Shown here piece after piece: positions 24,559 through 37,104 of a DNA stretch of 64,000 nt (position 1 is its first letter; the number at the start of each line of letters is the position of its first letter). Both the position numbers and the translations under genes were made by a program. Under the pieces are notes generated by a model. It was not told where the DNA came from, searched no databases, and worked only from the letters and a program-made list of their open reading frames with translations. Origin of the DNA: Callorhinchus milii (Eukaryota); assembly GCF_018977255.1 (NCBI RefSeq), contig NW_024704742.1:27158001-27222000 (forward strand). Reading direction: 5' to 3'.

Positions 24559-26944
24559 CTCGTCTTTTGGATGAGATGTGAAACCGAAGTCCTGTTTGCT
24601 TGCTTATTTGGAAGAAAGGTAACAGGTCCAATGTTGTGGACAATTTTAGGACAGATGCCAGGCTTAGTACAAGTATTGCATAAAACATACTATAACTGAC
24701 TGTTACTATGTTTTCTACGCTCTTGGCACATTTAATTGAATAGAGAAGACTGAATGAGAATTGGGACTTCATATACCACGGATTATTTAAAAATCAAGAG
24801 ATCGATAAACAGATGGCACTTGTTAAGCAGATTGTAAGTGTTAATAAGAAACTTGAATCATGCAGGAGAGAGAACGGAATAGGGGATTTGGAAGAGAATA
24901 GGGAGAGGGAGTTAGGCTAGGTGGAGGCTTGTGTGGAATATAAACATTGGTATAGACTAGGCTGAAATAATAATAATTATGAATAATGACAAACTGTACA
25001 GTCTATGTAATTAATAATCCTTGCATTGATAGCGTCTTATCACCTGATTGAGACATTTCAAAACCTTCACAGAATACACTGTAAAGTAGATTGACTGTAT
25101 TTTGTGGGCAAAATTCTATGTGCCCTGTTTGTTTCTCAATTTTATTAATTTTGCAGCGGTGAGGTTTAGTAACCCATGTACGTTACATTTGTTTAGTACA
25201 TTCGTCTTCTACCTATTACACACAACTGTTCAACTGGAACTAAGTTGTCAGTGTAAACAAGAGCCGTGCGCTCCATATTGACTTGTTAAAAGCTCAGGCT
25301 TTTCATTCACATTCCTTTGCTGTGTCAGTTTTAATCAGTGGTTTCTTGAAATTACCTTGTCAATAGCTTAATCTCTCAGAGCTCAATGATACTATAATGA
25401 TCATCACTAAACAGCGACAATGGAATTTTAATAAACTTATGAAACGTAGACAGCTCTTCCACTAATTAGTGCTTGTCACGATTCTAGTAACTCTGAAGGC
25501 TGAAAAGGTCTGAATGGATTTCTGAACATTGCAAAAGGTTTCAAGGCAAAGAAAAAAGGCACGTTTTGCAATTATTTGGATGGTCGTCAGGCAGTGGTTG
25601 CTAAATTGCAGGCAGAGACTTTCCTGGACTCTTCACTGCCTTACTCAAGGCCATTTTTATTATAGAATCCTACAGCACAGGAGGAGGCCATTCAGCTCAT
25701 CGTGCCGATGGCTGGCTCTTTGAAAGAGCTATTCAATTAGTCCTACACCTCTGCTCATTCCCAATAGACTTGTTGACAGACATCCCGTCAAGAACATGAA
25801 GTGTGCCAATGAATACTTTGCAAAACCAATAACAGTGATCCTGCAAAATGACATCCATTTTTTTTCCCCACCTTCCACTGAAACTAGTTATTTGAGAATG
25901 TTGATTGATTGATTCATTCATTCCATTTATTTATAAAACTGGGAAATTTCCACTGAGAAAACCCAATTGCAAACATTTGGGAAGGACTGGCATTGAGATC
26001 TTGATCTTTGTGTTGTATCTAGTAGTTACCAAAGTGATGTTAATGTCTTTCTTGGCTAAGCTAATAGAGATCATGTTTTGTCCCAGAAGATCAGGATCAA
26101 GCACCTAACATTGTACTCACTTCCCTGGATAATATTTGGGAGCATTTTGCTGTTGGCCGTGCAATTGTTTTGAATGAAATCAAAAAGCCTGGCTCAGTGC
26201 TCATATTAAATATGTGTTGAAGAGAAAAATAAATTGCATTTAGGTAACAGGTGTTACTATATGTGAGGCCTGAAATACCATTTTAATATTTGTAGAGTTA
26301 AGGACTGAATTTGGAGTAAAATAACATAATTGTCTAAATATGCTAGTAAAATCCTTCAGGCTTTTATTGGAGATTTCCAAATTTTCATGTTATCTCACCT
26401 AAAAAAACGTAACTGCTCCTTGTTAACTAGGGTTATTTTAATCTGTAGATTCCATAATTTTAGGATGTTTCAAACCTGCCATTGGATCATCTGAAGAATA
26501 CGTTACCCCAGTTGTAATGTGGGAAAACTTCAAATGAACTAATGCCAGGAAATAGTTTTATTATTTTCATTGGAGGCCTATAGTATAGACTTTCTGCCTG
26601 GTTTGATTGGCGAAATTTTAAAAGGGCAGGTAACAAAGAGTGCAGATGCTATACCAATGGAGTGCTAACAGAGCCAGTATCGTCTACACAGCAATGTTAT
26701 ACATTGACATTACAGCAAAGTCAGAGCCAGGTGGCCACATCAATTGATACACAGTGATATAATCATTATGATCATTATTAAGCCTGAAGTACTCATTGCT
26801 AACTCAAGTGAAAAAAGACCTCAGGCATGGAAATCACCACATTACCCTCCAAAATAATTGCTCGAGACATTTCCTCTTCTAGTGGTAGTTTTTACCTGTT
26901 AGGTTGCCTGTCAGATTCCTGTTCTGATAGATTCCGGATCTGCC

Positions 26945-27460
26945 TTACAACAATAACAAATTATATTTGTAAAGTGCCTTTCATGCCGGGAGGACGTTCC
27001 AAGGCGCTGGACAGTCAGGGATTTGGACCTGAGCAGGAGGTTGGAACCAAGGAGGGTGGTGGAGGGCAGGGAGGAGGGTAGGAGTAGAAGTGTGGCTGAA
27101 TGTGCAGTTGAAGAGGAGGGTCTTGAGATGTGCTTTGGAGGGAGCAAGGCAGAGGGACTGGAGTTCCAAAGGGTGGGAGCAGAGAAGCTGAAGGTCTGAC
27201 CTCTGATGGTGGGTCAGGTTGGGCGGGGGCATGGAGCAGAACACAGCCTGCTGAGCAGAGGGAGTGGACAGGTTAATATGGGGTTAGCAGGTCACAGAGG
27301 TAGGAAGGAGCAAGGCCATGGAGGGCCTTGAAGGCAAGGACGAGGATTTTGAATTTTATCCTCAGTGGGATGGGGAGCCAGTGGAGCCGGGTGAGATTGG
27401 GGGTGATAGGATCGTACAGCCTGGTGCAGGAGAAGACACAAGCTGCAGAATTCTGGATAA
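26945..27460 (-). mobile_element. L2 3' fragment
   Basis: IQNSAA...PITPNLTRLHWLPIPLRIKFKIL motif and L2 tail. Confidence 0.85.
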
Positions 27461-30279
27461 AATTAATGTAAATCTCAAGAAAGTGAACTGTTAGTAAATA
27501 CAAATGTCCACTACAGTATGAAATATTTTCTTTCTGTCCCTAATGGATTGCAATCCATTCAAACAGCTTAAAAGTGCCACTTCTTTGGGGACAATATTTT
27601 TGTTTTAACATTAGTAGAGATAATGACAGAATTTGGAGGTACAACTAACAAAAATCCATCTTAATCCTAGTGAATTCTATCGGTCTTTTATTCTGCCATA
27701 CATATTTCCACTTTTTAACTATAAAACCTTAATAGGTCCTTTTGACTGAATGAGGTTCTGAGCAGTGTTTGTTTAATCTGTACATTTAGTAGTGTCGGAG
27801 CATTTTGACATTACTGATTTATGCCTGGTATATCTTGACATAAATATACTACAGCCAACTGAAGCTTGCCAAGTGCTTTAAGACTTCCTCCCGATGTGAA
27901 AGGCACTACATAAATGTAAATTGTGTTGTACTATAGAAAGAACCACCATACTGGATTGCACAGAAGGTAGCATGAGGGAACATATTCCTTTAATCAAAAC
28001 ATTCTTCATTTCAGCTACTGCTGCCTTCAGCCATATCTGACTCTTGGACAAAATTAATTTCTCTGAGCAGTGAGGAACAGCATCTCCTCTTATCTGAGCT
28101 TCCTCTGCAGTTCGTAAAGAGGAGAGACTTTTCATGTTGAATCGTTTGAAGTTTTTTTGAGTTGCAAACTCCTTCACAGTTCAAAGACTTCAGAAGACTT
28201 GCTTTGATACTTGAGAGATACTTTGACATTGCTGAGATTACCTCTCAGTTGTTCATGAAGAAAATGAAGCCCTATCTTCGAAGAACTGCTGTAGATTTAC
28301 AGTACATGGTTTGAGACTGATAGTGACACTGATTTTTGTAAGGCTACCATTTTCATTCTTGAAAAATTTGTGGTCATTTTTGAGGCACATTTGTATGTTG
28401 GGTTTGTGCTGCATTATTGCATTCAGATGAGATGTCAAACTAAGGTCCTGTCTGCCTGAATAATTTGAGACGTGACAAGTGTAGTATGGCTTGGAAGAAC
28501 CAGACAACTTTGGATCTAAGGTTCCCAAAGCTTTCCACTCTGCTGTAGGCTCATCCATACAGAATTAATCGACATCTCCATTATTGTAGTATGCGACTGC
28601 CAGAATGGTAGGAGGCAAATTAGATAGACCTTGTTGTTTTTTAGAAATTCCCTCTTTGCTTTTACATTCTATATTATATTCTAATTGGCTGCCGCGTTTT
28701 ACCCACAAATATACAGTCAATTCACTTCACAGTATATTCTGTGAAGCGCTTTGAGCTGTCTAGAAGACGTGAAAAGTGCTATATCAAATGCAAGGATTAT
28801 TCATATTAGAGAATTAGGTAAGCGGGATCGTTCCTCCAGGGAGAGAGTGTGCATACCATTCCAACAATCTATCTCTGGGATTTCAACGTATAGGTGGGAT
28901 ACATGGAATTCTGTTGGTTTTGATGCTCTTAAGCATGGTGTTTCCGCATGTGTCAGATACCCAGCTGACCCCAAAAAACTACTCCCATCCTTTATTTCCT
29001 ATCCTTTAATCAACCACATTTCTGTGCACAAATTGGCTGCCGCATTTGCCTACAAATCACAGACACTACACTTTGTAGAAAATTCTGTGAAGTGTCTTTC
29101 TATGTGATAAGGCGTTATATTAAATGCAAAGTTTGTCATTTAGTTTATATTTGAAGAGATGCAGAATAATTGTGATTTCAAGTTCAGATCCATACAGTAA
29201 GTCTGCAGGCTTTAGCATTACCACTTAGCAGACTGAAAAACTCAAGAGAATACTTCTTGTCAGTCTCATTATATGTTTTTGAAATACCTCCAGTAATCAG
29301 TCACAAAGCGAATAATAACATTGAATGTGGGCACATTTACCTGTCTCTTAAGAAAACTCATTCATTCACACCAACAGGGATAATATTAATATTTCACCCA
29401 TCTGTAAATATTAGGATTGAATTGAAATCACAGCAATCTCTTTACATCTGATCAAATAACTTTTGGCATTGAGACATCCGTTGCATCTCATGATCACTTG
29501 GCTATGTTCTCTCGTTTAGAATTAACTAACTCAGACATTATGCTTAATCTCTCCGCTGTGGATGTGTAATTAATTGCATTGGAGAAGCTTCATGGATTAT
29601 CAATTAAATTGCAGCCTTTGTTAAAACCAGTTTGGTATGTTTTAGCTGCAGAGGTGTGGAAGGATTCAAATATTCCATCAAGAGCTTGAATTTGTAGTTT
29701 TAACGTTGACTTTCAATATTGAAATGGCACTAAGTATTTGGCTGGAATTTTAGGATTTTGTTTGCCAATTAGTGAAATTGATGCACTGCACGGCGCTCTC
29801 AGTCTTTCTTTTTGCCCAAAGGCAATTTGGAATATGTGAACAATGTAGTTACGAAGCCCTGGAGTACACTTCTAAAATCCACTCAGTATAACCAAGTGGA
29901 ATTTTTCAAGATTCCAGCAGTACATTTCCGAATCCGTTTTCGAGAGACTATGTCTTCTTGAAAAACATGATTCTTTTCTTTGAGGAGAAAGAAGAGCCAG
30001 AAAATTTGTGTGTTGTATTCGCCTCAATGATCTCACACACAAGGGGGTAGGATTTTGATTCAATTTCCATCACTATTTTCTGTCTCTGTGTACTCCAACC
30101 AGCTAAATAATTTGTAGGATTTATACAGCCTAAAAGCCTGGGCTAGCATAACCCTTGTAATAAGCGCAGGTAATTCTGTTGGAGGCTCACTGCCTCACAC
30201 TCCTGAGGCAGAAGGGTCTCTCCAGCCTGACAATCCTTTTAAATAGCACAACACCTAAATGAAGAAATTAACTAATTGT

Positions 30280-30910
30280 GCGTCAGCCTGGTGAAGTGGT
30301 AGCACTCTTGTCTCCGAGTCAGAAGGATGTGGGTTGAAGCCCCATGTTGGGACGTGGAAACACATAGTCTACGACGACACTCCAATACAGTGCTGGGGGA
30401 ATGTTTCATTGTCAGAGGTGCCGACCTTCAAATGAGATGTTAAACCGACGTCCCATCTGCCTGTTCAGGTGGATGTTAAACATTCTATGGCACTATGCCT
30501 GAAAGGGTGGTGAAAGCTGCTTCGATGATAACTTTTAAGAGAGAAGTAGATAATTATTCGGGGAGGACAGTTTGCAGGGCCAGGGGGAGAGAACGAGGGA
30601 GTGGGTTTGAATTGGATAGCTCTTTTCAAAGAGCCGGCACAGACACGATGGGCTGAATGGCCTCCTTCTGTGCCTTATGTTTCTATGATTCTATTCAAAA
30701 AGAGAAGAGAGTTTCTCTCGGTGTCCTGGCCAACAAATCCTCCAAATAAAATTGCTCACTCACTCCATGGCTGTTTGGGGACATTGCTGTGCGCATATAG
30801 GCTGCTGCATTCACCCGTAAAATACAGTCACACCAATTTACAGGATATCCTGTGAAGCGCTTTGAGATATCTCAACGACGTGATAAGGCGTTAGATGAAA
30901 TGCAAGAATT
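30280..30910 (+). mobile_element. Older DeuSINE interrupted by a CR1 3' end (~30497-30692)
   Basis: The SINE rejoins at ggcactat|tcaaaagag. CR1 terminus gatgggctgaatggcctccttctgtg...tctatgattctat. Confidence 0.8.
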
Positions 30911-31514
30911 TATCATTTATTTTTGTTCATTTCCCAACATAGTTGCCCAATGAAACATTTTCTAGAATTAGTGAACAGTGCATGATTGATAACCCTTGTC
31001 ATGCTTTCACCATCTCACCTACTCCAAGCAACTTGATCTATGGTAGGTACTTAGTGTGCGCATATTACAGATTGCAAACCACATTAGGTCCAAATAGTTA
31101 TTACACTCATAGAAATGGAGTTTACAGTCCCCAGTTATAACGGCTTTACTACCAATGGCAGAATAAATAAGATGATTATGTAGAGAATTTAAATGCAGTT
31201 GTATTGTAAATACTCTAACCAGTTAAATGATTTGTAGGATTTATGCAGCCTAAAAGCTTTGCATAACATAACCCTTATAATAAGCACAGGCTGTGGGTAA
31301 TCCTGTTGGAGGCATTGTTAGTGAGTGGGGCTCACTGCCAGACTTGGAGCTTACTGGAGATCAACTTTGTTAGATTTCCCAACCAGAGTACAGTTGCTCT
31401 GCTGTTGGATTCGGTGGATTGGTCAACATGTAGCTTTCCTTGTGGGATTATGGCTGTGGTCAGCTTTCTTCCTGATGCCCAGAATTCCAAAGGAGTCCTA
31501 AAAGTCCACTCCCA

Positions 31515-31965
31515 ATGTTTTGTTTGGTCAGCCAGGGGTCTTACACGGGCAGAAACCCCTCACCATGCTCTAATTAACTTATTGTGCTGACACAGTCTAA
31601 ATTCATTAGACAAAAAGTTCCATTCATTCCATCTTCACACAGAAATTCCCATGTCTGGAATGGAATGTGCACACTCCTTCTGGAGGGATACACCCTGCTA
31701 CCTCATTCTGGAGAGGATTAGTTACTGGTTGGAGAACCAAGGCTTGGGGACCCCAGAGTGTGCGTTGGGATATTGCAGGAGATTAACCAGCTAAAACCAC
31801 ATAGCTTGTCATTTAGAGAACTCTTTGGCAAGCTTTCCAGTGCTTATCCAGTTAGGACCACCTTGCAAGCCAAAACCATTAGAGCTTTGGGTCGCAGATT
31901 TAATGGGAGCTGAGTGGGAAGAGTCTCTTCCCCCCCAGTTACTGGTCTGTTCTTCCAAGTCCTAC
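31515..31965. repeat. Unclassified interspersed repeat, copy 2
   Basis: Collinear with ~16845-17270 (e.g. ccaaggcttggggac..cagagtgtgcgtt, aaccagct.aaacc.catagcttg). Confidence 0.7.
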
Positions 31966-33229
31966 TGCTGAGCCAGGTTGGCTGAGCTGTTTCAACAGTT
32001 GGAGGTGTGGTGCTTGAGCAGTGCTGGGGGTGTGTTTCATTGTTGGAGATGCCGTCCTTCGGATGAGATGCTGTCCTTCGGACTAAGGTCCCTTCTGTCT
32101 GTTACAAGTGGATATTAAAGATGGCACTCTTTGCCAATTTAGTGCTGTGTTTGACTACAAATACATGCCACTCTACTTGAAGCCCTTTGAAACTACCTCC
32201 TGACATGACTTTGGCTAACCCATATGCAAGGATTCTTATTTCTATCTGCCTTCAGCATGGAGAGAGGACTTTCACAAGATAGTTTGTGATGTGCCAACCA
32301 CCTTAATCTAGACATTTACCCTAGGAAGTAAGGAACATACCAGCTCTTGTGTATGTTTCTTGAGTCTCTCAGTTAATTATTTCCTGTACATTGCATCACT
32401 CTTATTGCCTGTCTTGAAATGTTGTTGAGAAAAGCAATAATTATATAATCCGTAATCCTTGCATTTGTTATAGTGCCTACTCACATTGTTGAAATGTCTC
32501 AAAGCACGTCACAGGATTTACTGTAAAGTGGATTGACTATTTTGTGGGCGAAATGTAACAGCCGGTTGCTAACAGCAATGTCCCCCAAACAGTCAACAAC
32601 TCCTAACCTTACTAAAAGATTTAAATAATTTGCCTTGCAGTTTGATTGCTAGCTTTTCCTAAACACTATTGAAATTGCAGTTCTCACCATCTGTATTTTG
32701 AGGGCACATACTACTTTGTTACCTTGAAAAATGGTCTTTGTACATGATTTGAAATGAAGAGGAGTCCATTAGTAGAGGTTGAGAGAAAAGAAATTTGGTT
32801 TACTGATCGTTCACTGAAGTTTTCTTGACAATGTCAAGGTGAAATCATCACAACTAATAAAATATTTTGTATCCCCATCTCTTAAAGGACATGCCTTTTA
32901 CTAGTCATTATCTAAAATTACTGGTTAATGTCCCTTCTAAATCTTCCTTTGATCCACGAGGACAAGTTCAGTACTATATAAGAGTCTTGCTTCATATGGA
33001 GGCAAAAATTCCACCTGAGTCTAGATTTATTCTGTTTCACATTTGAGAATGTGCAGAATGTGGCAACTTGTTGAATTCAGACTTAAATTTGAAGCTGGTG
33101 TTCTCTATTTTCTTAAAAGAACTGACGGAAAACTGGCTTTAAAAATCAATACTAATCCTCCCCTTTCACAATGTTGACACGTCTCACAGTGCATCACAGG
33201 ATTTTACTGCATATAGAGTAAATTTTGTC

Positions 33230-33700
33230 CCAGGTGTAATGTCTCTCCAATAATATCTTAGACCTTTAAGACCCAGAATTATCCTCATTGATCTTTACCA
33301 GTAATTCTCCAAACACATTAATGTTCTTTTGAAGGTACATTACCTCAAACTGTACAAAATATCCTCGATGAGACCTCACCAACAATCGATACAAGGTTAC
33401 AATAACTTCTTTCAAATGCCCTTGAGCGATAACCTTGTACTTTGTTTTGTTGAGAACAGCTTCACATTTACTGGAAACCTTTAGTAAATGATCAATAATC
33501 ATACTCGGATCTTTTTCTTTCTCTCTGTTAATGGAGACCCCTTCATCATGTACATATTCACTGTCCCAATACGCATTACCTAGTGTTTCGATACAATAAA
33601 AATCCATCTGCTAATAGACGTCCCTTCATCATGTGCACACGTTTGTTGTTTCCTGTTCCAATATGCATTACCTTACATTTAGCTGAGTAAAATTGATCTG
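33230..33700 (-). mobile_element. Old CR1 RT fragment
   Basis: KCKVMHIG and EVIVTLYRLLVRSH motifs. Confidence 0.7.
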
Positions 33701-34738
33701 CCACTCCTTGTCCCGAACGCTCAAAGACTCTACAGCACGTAAAGGATGCTATATAAAGGCAAGTTGTTGTTGGTCCCCTGGCCACATCCCTATTTGGCGT
33801 CATTTGTTGTTCAGAAACTGTTCAAAAAGTCAAGTCTCGATTAGTTTTTGAATATCAATTGTTTATATTCATAGGAAACCCTAATTAAGTTCACCATTTA
33901 AAGTACTACGGTTATATTAGGTAAGTTATACTGGAAAAAGGTTTGCATGTAAATCTATGAAACATAAAATTTTCAACGCGAACAGTGATATAGTACCGTG
34001 TTAACAGAGCCGTTTTGTTAAGTCTGTTGATTTATAGAGCTGGCACCACTCTCTTGAAGCACTGATGCTAGCTGCAGACTGCTGTTTTTCTTGCCGCAGG
34101 TCACTGACAATTGTCACTGATGTTCAAAGGAAATATAGCACTTGATAAAATTCATTCTGAAAGTAAATGCTTTGCTGCACTGGTAATGTAAAGGCCCTAT
34201 GATGGTTGCAATTGACTGCACTCCTCTTAGTTAGAAAACAAGTCACTATATTAAATCATAAATTACCCAGCACATACATACACTTATATACTTGATTTGT
34301 GTCTGTGTTTTATCATTAATAATCCCTTGTAAAATCAAATGGTTTAGTTATTAAGTTCAGAAGCCTGTTTCCCTTCCTATTTCTATCTTGAATATATTAT
34401 GTTCAAACCATGTTTGCATCACTGGGGACTTTGTTTTTGAAGGGGTTATTGAGTGAAGGAGCTGGATTCGTATCAGTGTAGATATTAATGTTGAGTTAAT
34501 ATTTAAATCACTTAAAACTGCGTGAGCTGGTTGCTCCCTATTACACAGACTAGCTTGGTAACTCCTCCAGGTCAATTACTCTGTAACATCGATCACTCAC
34601 ATTAACCTGAAGAAGCTCCCGTTTGCATGCTTTTTTGTGCGTTGTGATGTTGATGTGCATTTTCTTCAGTCTGCCCTGAAGATTATAATATAATAATAAT
34701 CTTTGCATTTGATATAGCGCCTTATCATGTCTTCTAGA

Positions 34739-35060
34739 TAATAATAATAATAATCCTTGCATTTGATATAACGCTTTTCACGTCGGGAGGACATCCCAAA
34801 GCGCTTCACAGAACACACTGTAAAGTAAATTGATTGTATATTTGTGGGCGAACGCGGCAGCCAATTGCGCACAGCAATGTCCCACAAACAGTCGTAGATT
34901 GAAAATGACCAATTTATTATTGTTTTTGGTTTTGGAGGGATTATTATTATGAGGTGTGTGGAGTAAGGAAACTTGCCCAAGGTTTCGCCCTGTCTGGAAT
35001 TGAACTCGGGTCTCTCGCTTGCAAAGCGAGTGCTCTAACCACTGAGCTACAGGACTCCAC
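34739..35060 (-). mobile_element. Full-length short-subfamily DeuSINE inserted in the tail of another SINE (~34685-35195)
   Basis: The host SINE tail is split around the young copy. Confidence 0.9.
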
Positions 35061-36150
35061 AAATGTGTCAGAGCACTTCACAGAATATACTGTAAAGTGA
35101 ATTGACTGTATATTTTGTGGGCGAAATGCAGCAGGCAATTGCGCACAGTAGTGCCCCACAAACAGTTGTGGTTTGAAGTGACCAAATTATTTTTATTGAA
35201 GGAATTTGAAGGAGATTGAATATTAGGACAGTCACAAACACTGAAATTCTTAGTAGATCAGAAGTGCGTAGCGTAGAAGCCCTCCTATTTCATGGCAAGT
35301 TCAGATGGAGTCAACAGAGGCTAAGTGCCTCAAAGACATGTTACATCTTCAACTGCAAATTAGGGAAACATTCTTTCAGGTATCTAATGACAATGCTCAT
35401 AAGAAGTTGAAAGTTAACATCTCTTGTTTCCAGGGAGACACTCATCATAAATCAAGTTGCTTGGAGGAGGCGAGATAGTGAAACCATAGCAGGGGTTATC
35501 AAATGTGCACTGATGACTAATCTAGCAAATATTTCATTAAGCAATTACATTGGGAAATGAACTATAATAAATCCTTGCAGTTGATTTACCGCCTTATCAC
35601 ATCTTTGATATATCTCAAAGCGCTTCACTGGATATACCGTAAAGTGGTGTAACTGTATTTTGTAGGAGAGTGCGGCAGCCAATATGTGCCCAGCAATGTC
35701 CCACAAGCAGTCATGGAGTGAATTACTGATGTTATTTGGGGGATTGTTGGCTAGGACACTGGGAGAAACTCCCTTCTGTTTTCGACCAGTGCCATGGGAT
35801 CTTTAATACCCACCTAAACAGGCAGTTGGGTCCTTGGTTTAACGTTTCACCTGAAGGATGGATGTATCATCTGAAGAACAATTTGAGCACAACATGTTTT
35901 ATTGTTTTTTTGCACATATAGGGGTGAAATTGTGCCAATTTGTAATTTGGTCTATGTGATAACAAAATGTTACAAATGTCCTTCCTTAACTATTTCCAGA
36001 TCCAAGCTGAGAACTGGCAACACATAGGAGTTAAAATTGTGTTATTTCTTAATGCTTTCCTTAATTAATACATGTGTAGAAATATGGTAAGAAATGCCTC
36101 AAATTTTACCCGGTAAATAGTGTACATAGTGTTAGTTTACACAGCAAAAA

Positions 36151-36169
36151 TCACCACTAGATGTCAGTG
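36151..36169 (+). promoter_or_regulatory. Candidate CTCF site
   Basis: TCACCACTAGATGTCAGTG, one mismatch from the core CCACTAGATGGCAG. Confidence 0.5.
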
Positions 36170-36206
36170 TATCCCTCTCGATATGTGCATTCTCGCTTCT
36201 GCACAG

Positions 36207-36244
36207 CTGAATCAACGCTATTTCATTTGAATTTTGAAGCGAAG
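36207..36244 (+). other. Candidate 38-nt exon
   Basis: Acceptor ttctcgcttctgcacag| and donor AAG|GTGAGC. One open frame (xESTLFHLNFEAK). No recognisable homology. Confidence 0.25.
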
Positions 36245-36856
36245 GTGAGCGTTATTGTAAATTGTAAGCCCCAAGTGATGTGGAACCATAGAAATTTATA
36301 GCACAGAAGAAGTTCTTTGAAAGAGCGATCCATTCATTGCCGTTAACCTGCCTTAACCTCCAAGCCCCTGCAGTTTATTCCTCTTTAGATATCTATCTAG
36401 TTCCCTCTTGAAAGCTAAAATAGATCCTACTTCGACAACTGTACTTGGAAAGTAATACCAAATCCTAACAACTCTGGGTGTGTGTGTTTAAAAAAAATCT
36501 AATCACCCCTCTGTTCCTGTGCCCTCAATACCCTGACTTAACGACCATTGAAATGATTTCTCCCCATCGCCTCTATCAAAACCTTAGAATTTCAAAGTCC
36601 TTCGTAAGGCATCTAACTAATATTTTTGGGTTAAATATTTGTTTTCTGGTGTTGACCAGGATTGACGTTCGAGAAGGGTGAAATCTCAGCCTGCAATGCA
36701 ATACCCTGCAATGTAAATATTAAACCAAAAATAAGTTGGAAGTCGTTCTACGGGCAACTATCTAAAATACTTTAGCATATGTCTTCACGTTAAAATGTAA
36801 CAACGTGACACAAGTTCACTTGTGAGGAAAGGTGAACACATTTACCGGGTGGGGAG

Positions 36857-36875
36857 TACTGCCACCTTCTGGCCA
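36857..36875 (-). promoter_or_regulatory. Candidate CTCF site
   Basis: Minus strand reads TGGCCAGAAGGTGGCAGTA, near consensus. Confidence 0.55.
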
Positions 36876-37104
36876 TTTTATGCTGGTGTAAATTAACAAA
36901 AGTATATGGCCCACAAATTCACCTGGTCTTAGCCTGCGAGAAACATTTTGTTTTAAAGTTTAAAATGCTGCTGAATTATGGACAAATTCTTAAATCCAGT
37001 CCTTATTTGTGTGCAGAATTTTTGTCTGTTCTTATAGGTTGTTAAAAAAACAAGCTGCTTCCAAATGAAGTCCGATTTAAAACTTCTCCACGTTTCTTCT
37101 CTGT

